This document shows, piece by piece, positions 55,301-56,023 of a DNA stretch of 64,000 bases. How positions within the stretch are numbered: the stretch's first letter is position 1; each line of letters begins with the position of its first letter. A program made the position numbers and the translations under genes. Where the stretch lies: positions 110,390 to 174,389 of the forward strand of contig CAYSFB010000005.1 in assembly GCA_964430735.1 (NCBI GenBank). Reading direction: 5' to 3'. Below the pieces are notes generated by a model. The model saw only the letters and a list, made by a program, of their open reading frames with translations, had not been told where the DNA came from and ran no database searches. The DNA is from an uncultured Planctomycetia bacterium. Its GTDB lineage: Bacteria; Omnitrophota; Gorgyraeia; 2-02-FULL-51-18; JAGOUK01.

Positions 55301-56023
55301 CGGCTGGCGGTAGATACGGGTCGGAATCGCATCGCGGCCGAATCTGATTTGTGGCTTGAGCAATTGTCGGATTTGTTGGCACTTTTTGAACTCTCGAGTT
55401 GGGAGATCGACGCGCGCGCCGAGGGGATCGCACGGCCGGAGAACGCGGAAGATTTGACGCTTCTTTTGCTGAAAAGCGCGGCGGCTTCGTTCGAGGAAAC
55501 GGGTAAAACGGTCTTGGTCCGCGTCGGTGAGGGCGTGCTGGACGCGGGGGCCAAACAAGACGAACTCATGGGGATGTTAAAAAAGCTTTCTGAGCACGCA
55601 GTGAAATACGGGATTTATTTTGATTGGAGCCGGGTGATGGGATTTGCCGGCGAAGTTCCTTCCGCGCCGGAAGGAAGCGAAGAAGTGAGGATCGTGACGG
55701 ACGCGGCCCAGCTGGCAGCCGGCCAGACAGGGCTCGTTTCGGCGGAGAATCCGGATATTTCGGGTCTGGGGCTCTTTGCCGCGCTCCTGGCCCGGACTCC
55801 GAAGAACGCACTCGACGCTTTTATGACGCAGCACGCGAGCGCGCTCAAAACGTTCTACGAATCCGAGCTGTCGGTCGAGACGCTGGCGGACTTCAAGGAC
55901 GTGCCTGCGGACCCCGGCCGGCGCATTCAACTCAACTTCCACAAGGCTGTTCCGCTTTTGCGCGTGATAGAACTTTTTCAACGGCTCCAGACCGCCGCCC
56001 GCCTGGCATCCATTTCCGCCTGA
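20690..56023 (+). CDS. giant 11,777-aa multi-module protein or polyprotein; more than 30 unrelated domains delimited by a recurring [SA][GA]AR[LM]A hexapeptide
   Basis: A single ORF with no stop for 35,334 nt. All recognisable domains are read in this frame. N-terminal signal peptide/TM [20 protein letters not shown]. The motif occurs at all 34 module junctions (positions listed in the first finding) and in the last 10 residues ([10 protein letters not shown]-stop). Confidence 0.75.
   Translation: [11777 protein letters not shown]
23105..24070 (+). other. module 3 (322 aa): polytopic membrane module, 5-6 predicted TM helices
   Basis: Hydrophobic runs [79 protein letters not shown] and [13 protein letters not shown]. 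Confidence 0.6.
24623..25636 (+). other. module 5 (338 aa): histidine phosphatase (PGAM-branch) domain
   Basis: [13 protein letters not shown] is the RHG catalytic motif. IIASDLERA and [10 protein letters not shown] supply the second His. Confidence 0.6.
25790..26060 (+). other. CMP/dCMP(CDA)-type zinc deaminase motif region inside module 6 (25637..27289)
   Basis: [14 protein letters not shown] (HxE) and [12 protein letters not shown] (PCxxC) have the correct order and spacing. Confidence 0.55.
28187..29140 (+). other. module 8 (318 aa): class I SAM-dependent methyltransferase-like
   Basis: [25 protein letters not shown] and [13 protein letters not shown] (motifs I-III). It ends at the variant motif GARLS (29141). 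Confidence 0.45.
29141..29881 (+). other. module 9 (247 aa): sigma-70-family-like module (region 2 plus region 4 HTH)
   Basis: Region 2-like [41 protein letters not shown]. Region 4-like [28 protein letters not shown]. The size equals that of a free sigma factor. Confidence 0.5.
30368..30940 (+). other. module 11 (191 aa): ICMT/phospholipid-methyltransferase-family-like membrane methyltransferase
   Basis: [17 protein letters not shown] ... [25 protein letters not shown] (RHPxY plus the EE..L..FG..Y..Y pattern), with flanking TM helices. Confidence 0.5.
31673..33682 (+). other. module 13 (670 aa): type I phosphoribosyltransferase (ComF/GntX-like) followed by a beta-propeller-like domain
   Basis: PRTase PRPP motif [22 protein letters not shown] (nt ~32118-32165). 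Downstream are repeated Gly/Asp-rich beta strands ([39 protein letters not shown]...). Confidence 0.55.
33683..34198 (+). other. module 14 (172 aa): histidine-kinase-type HATPase_c (GHKL) domain with a possible H-box
   Basis: N-box [14 protein letters not shown], G1 IRDSGIGI and G2 [19 protein letters not shown]. The upstream [15 protein letters not shown] is a possible phospho-His site. Confidence 0.6.
35294..36127 (+). other. module 17 (278 aa): second methyltransferase-like Rossmann module
   Basis: [23 protein letters not shown] and [10 protein letters not shown]. Confidence 0.35.
36960..37320 (+). other. NUDT9-like Nudix ADP-ribose pyrophosphatase domain inside module 18 (36128..37480)
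   Basis: [30 protein letters not shown] ... [23 protein letters not shown] closely follows the NUDT9/NUDT9H pattern NPRGRTGLRGRG...GPNH.DP.VTRW...KGYMDDPRNTDNAWIETVAV. Confidence 0.7.
37481..38536 (+). other. module 19 (352 aa): GHKL-type ATPase region resembling an anti-sigma-factor Ser kinase
   Basis: [35 protein letters not shown]. The call is tentative. Confidence 0.3.
38537..39601 (+). other. module 20 (355 aa): ECF-type sigma-70 module (regions 2 and 4) plus an extra C-terminal HTH
   Basis: Region 2-like [21 protein letters not shown]. Region 4 [44 protein letters not shown] is a textbook ECF sigma-4 signature. Confidence 0.65.
47560..48000 (+). other. PBS-lyase-type HEAT repeats inside module 26 (46907..48688)
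   Basis: [46 protein letters not shown] ... [17 protein letters not shown] ... [19 protein letters not shown]. Confidence 0.6.
48689..48997 (+). other. module 27 (103 aa): HPr-like phosphocarrier domain
   Basis: [76 protein letters not shown] matches the HPr fold pattern (GLHARPA-like His, NAKS, LG..G). The module has exactly stand-alone HPr size. Confidence 0.6.
51302..52564 (+). other. module 31 (421 aa): five tandem ~50-aa HTH-like repeats followed by a sigma-70 region-4-like HTH
   Basis: Repeats of the form RR.R....L...PPxGxxWTxxxLAxxLxxxxxxVYxDLxxxxLLDSD (nt ~51350-52270). Then [43 protein letters not shown]. Confidence 0.5.
54320..55290 (+). repeat. three tandem ~110-aa protein repeats of unknown fold (FLLPNG...LxLVF[RK]GY motif) inside module 34
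   Basis: [12 protein letters not shown]...[12 protein letters not shown] / [12 protein letters not shown]...[13 protein letters not shown] / [12 protein letters not shown]...[11 protein letters not shown]. Confidence 0.55.
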
